From the NCBI RefSeq assembly GCF_030144855.1, contig NC_082736.1:10230001-10294000 (forward strand): a stretch of 64,000 nt of DNA. Direction: 5' to 3'. This DNA is from Hypanus sabinus. Its lineage: Eukaryota. Numbering within the stretch: the stretch's first letter is position 1; each line of letters starts with the position of its first letter. Positions 61,601 through 64,000 of this stretch are shown here, in pieces. Made by a program: the position numbers and the translations under genes. The notes below the pieces were generated by a model. That model searched no databases, was not told where the DNA came from, and was given only the letters and a program-made list of their open reading frames with translations.

Positions 61601-64000
61601 TTTGAGGCTGTGCCCTGTGGTCCCAGACTGCCCCACTATCGGAAATACCCTCCTCACTCCATTCCAGACCTTTCAATATTTGATCGGTTTCAATGAGATT
61701 CCCTGATTCTTCTAAAGTCCAAGAGTACAGGCCCAAAGCCATCAAACAATCCTTGTTCATTAACCCTTTTATTGCGAGGATCATTTTTGTGAAACTCCTC
61801 TAGACCCTGTCCTATGTGAGCATGTAGTTTTTTAGATAAGTGCCCAAAACTGTTCACAATACTCCAAGTGTGATCGGACCAATGCCTTATAAAGTCTGAG
61901 CTGATCCATCCTTAAATATCTTTTCCAATAATATCCCTCCCACTAACGTAAGAGTCACCAGGGTACAGTTTCCTTTTTTGTCCCTATTGCAGTTCTTATA
62001 ATGAGGAAGAATATTTATCATTTTCCACTCTTCTGCAACCTGCCCTGTAACTACAGGAGCATCAGTTTTAAGTTTTGTTAAATTTTTGTCCTTATTTTAT
62101 CCCTCAAGCATCAGGTTTTTGAATCAAAGTTCAAAGTAAACTTATTATCAAAGTACGTATACATTCTACAACTTTGAGGTTTGTTTCAAACAGGTTGCCA
62201 CAAAACAAAGAAAACCAAAAGAACCCACGAATAAAATAAGACCATCAAACACCCAATGTGCAGAAAGACAGACAAATCCTGCAAACAATAAGCACATGCA
62301 AATTCTGTAGCGTTTTGAACTGAAATGCACAAAGACAGTCTGTGCACGGATGCTTAGTTCAGTGCAGAGTGGAGAAACGAGCCATGAACAATCATGAGTC
62401 TATCAAGCTCTACCTTAAATACACCCAAGGACGTGGCCTCCACAGCTGCCTGTGGTTATAAATTGAACTAATTCAGCACACTCTGGCTAAAGAATTTCTC
62501 CGCATTTCTGTTTTAAATGGACACCCCTCTATCCTGAGGTTGTGCATTTTAGTCCTAGACTCCTCCAACATAGGAAATATCCTTTCCACATCTACTCAGT
62601 CCAGGCCTTTCAACATTTAAAATGATATTCCCCCCCATCCATCGAAATTCCAGTGAGTACAGACCCAAAGCTATCAAATGTTCCTCATATGATAACTGTT
62701 TCTTTCCCAGAATCATCCTTGTGAGCCTCTTCTGGAACCTTTCCAATACCAGCACATCTTTTCTTAGATGAGGAGCCCAAAACTCTTCACAATCCTCAAG
62801 GTGAGGCCTCACCAATGCCTTAAAAAAGTCTCAGCATCACATCCCTGCTCTTGTATTCTAACCGCTTGATGTGAATGCTAACATTGCTTTTGCCTTCCTC
62901 ACCTCTGACTCTACCTGCAAGTTAGCTTTAAGTTGGTCTGCACAAAGACTCCCAAGTCTCTTTGCGTCTCAGGTTTTTGGATTTCTCCCTATTTGGAAAA
63001 TAGTCTGTACGTTTATTTCTACTACTAAAGTGCACAACCATGCATTTTCCAGCAATGTATTTCATTTGCCATTGTCTTGCCAATTCTCCTAACCTGTCAA
63101 AGTACTTCCAGAACCTACCTGTTTCCTGAACAGTACCTGCCTTCTTGTCATCTGCAAACTTGCAACAAAGCCATCTATTCTATTTTTTTAATTCATTGAT
63201 ATATAGCATAAAAAGAAATGTTCCCAACACCGACCGCTGCGGAGCATCACTTCTCACTGGCAGACAACCAGAGAGGACCCTTTTATTCCCTCTTGCTGCC
63301 TTCTACCAATCAGCCAATGCTGTAACCACGCCAATAACTTTCCTGTTATACCATGGGCTATTAACTTTGTAAGCAGCCTCATGTGTGGCACCTTGTTAAA
63401 GGCCTTTCGAAAGTCCAAATATATGACAGGAGCTGCATTCCCGTTATCCATCCTGCGTGCAATCTCAAAGAATTCCAACAGATTCATCAGGCAATATTTC
63501 CCCTTAAGGAAACCATGCTGACTTTGTCTTTTGTTGTCCTGTGTTTCCAATACTTTATAACCTCGTCCTTAACAATTAACTCCAACATCTTCCCAACCAG
63601 TTAGGTCAGGCTGACTGGTCTATAATTTCCTTTCAGCTGCCTTCCTCCTTTCTTAAAGAGTGGAGTGACATTTGCAATTTTCCAATCCCCTAGCACCATG
63701 CCAGTTTTGAAAGATCATTACTAATGGCACCATAATCTCTACCATTAACTCTGCAAGAACCCTAGGGTGCAGTTCATCTGTTCCGGGTGACTTGTATACC
63801 CTCAGGGCTTTCAGCTTTTTGAGCACCTTTCCCTTATAATAATAATAACTGCTGTCCCTTCTCTCCCCTCACACCCTTCAACATCTGGCACACGACTAGT
63901 ATCTTCCACTGATGGAAAATACTCATTTAGTTCATTTGCCATCTCCTCCCCCCCTCCCCCCCCCCCAGCCTCAACACATTATTATTTATCTGGCCTAATC

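Larger units (their letters stand above)
53813..64000 (-). repeat. Right arm of the inverted segmental duplication (contains the Gypsy insertion; runs off the window)
   Basis: Reverse complement of 15319-21319; paired ORFs such as 20338-20529/58776-58967, 19307-19555/59747-60016 and 16498-16764/62555-62815. Confidence 0.97.

Overview
Vertebrate genomic DNA, most likely a cartilaginous fish such as a ray (inferred from the repeat landscape and H1 sequence, not proven). Positions 1-3.6 kb hold three intact replication-dependent histone genes (H1 +, H3.2 -, H4 -), each with a 3' stem-loop and HDE. The rest is dominated by decayed retroelements (CR1, Rex1/Babar, Penelope-like, one Nimb/I-clade LINE), a Tc1 relic, a mariner-type MITE, two solo LTRs and a decayed ERV with a gamma-type env. 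A tRNA cluster at 27-52 kb has 3 apparently intact genes (iMet-CAT, Ala-TGC, Ser-AGA) and 8 degenerate copies, with clear traces of unit duplication, including reciprocal loss in an Ala-iMet doublet. The cluster lies between the arms of an inverted segmental duplication of at least 6 kb (15.3-21.3 kb versus 53.8 kb to the window end). The right arm carries a young, GC-rich Ty3/Gypsy element with CsRn1-clade hallmarks: CHCC Gag knuckle, tRNA-Trp PBS, 4-bp TSD, and a -1 frameshift heptamer with a predicted pseudoknot. An unexplained glycoprotein-like coding relic, weakly reminiscent of foamy-virus Env, sits at the duplication breakpoint. I found no clearly new functional system. The best leads are the Gypsy element, the env-like relic and the duplication architecture. 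Boundaries of old repeats are approximate, and identities were estimated by eye.
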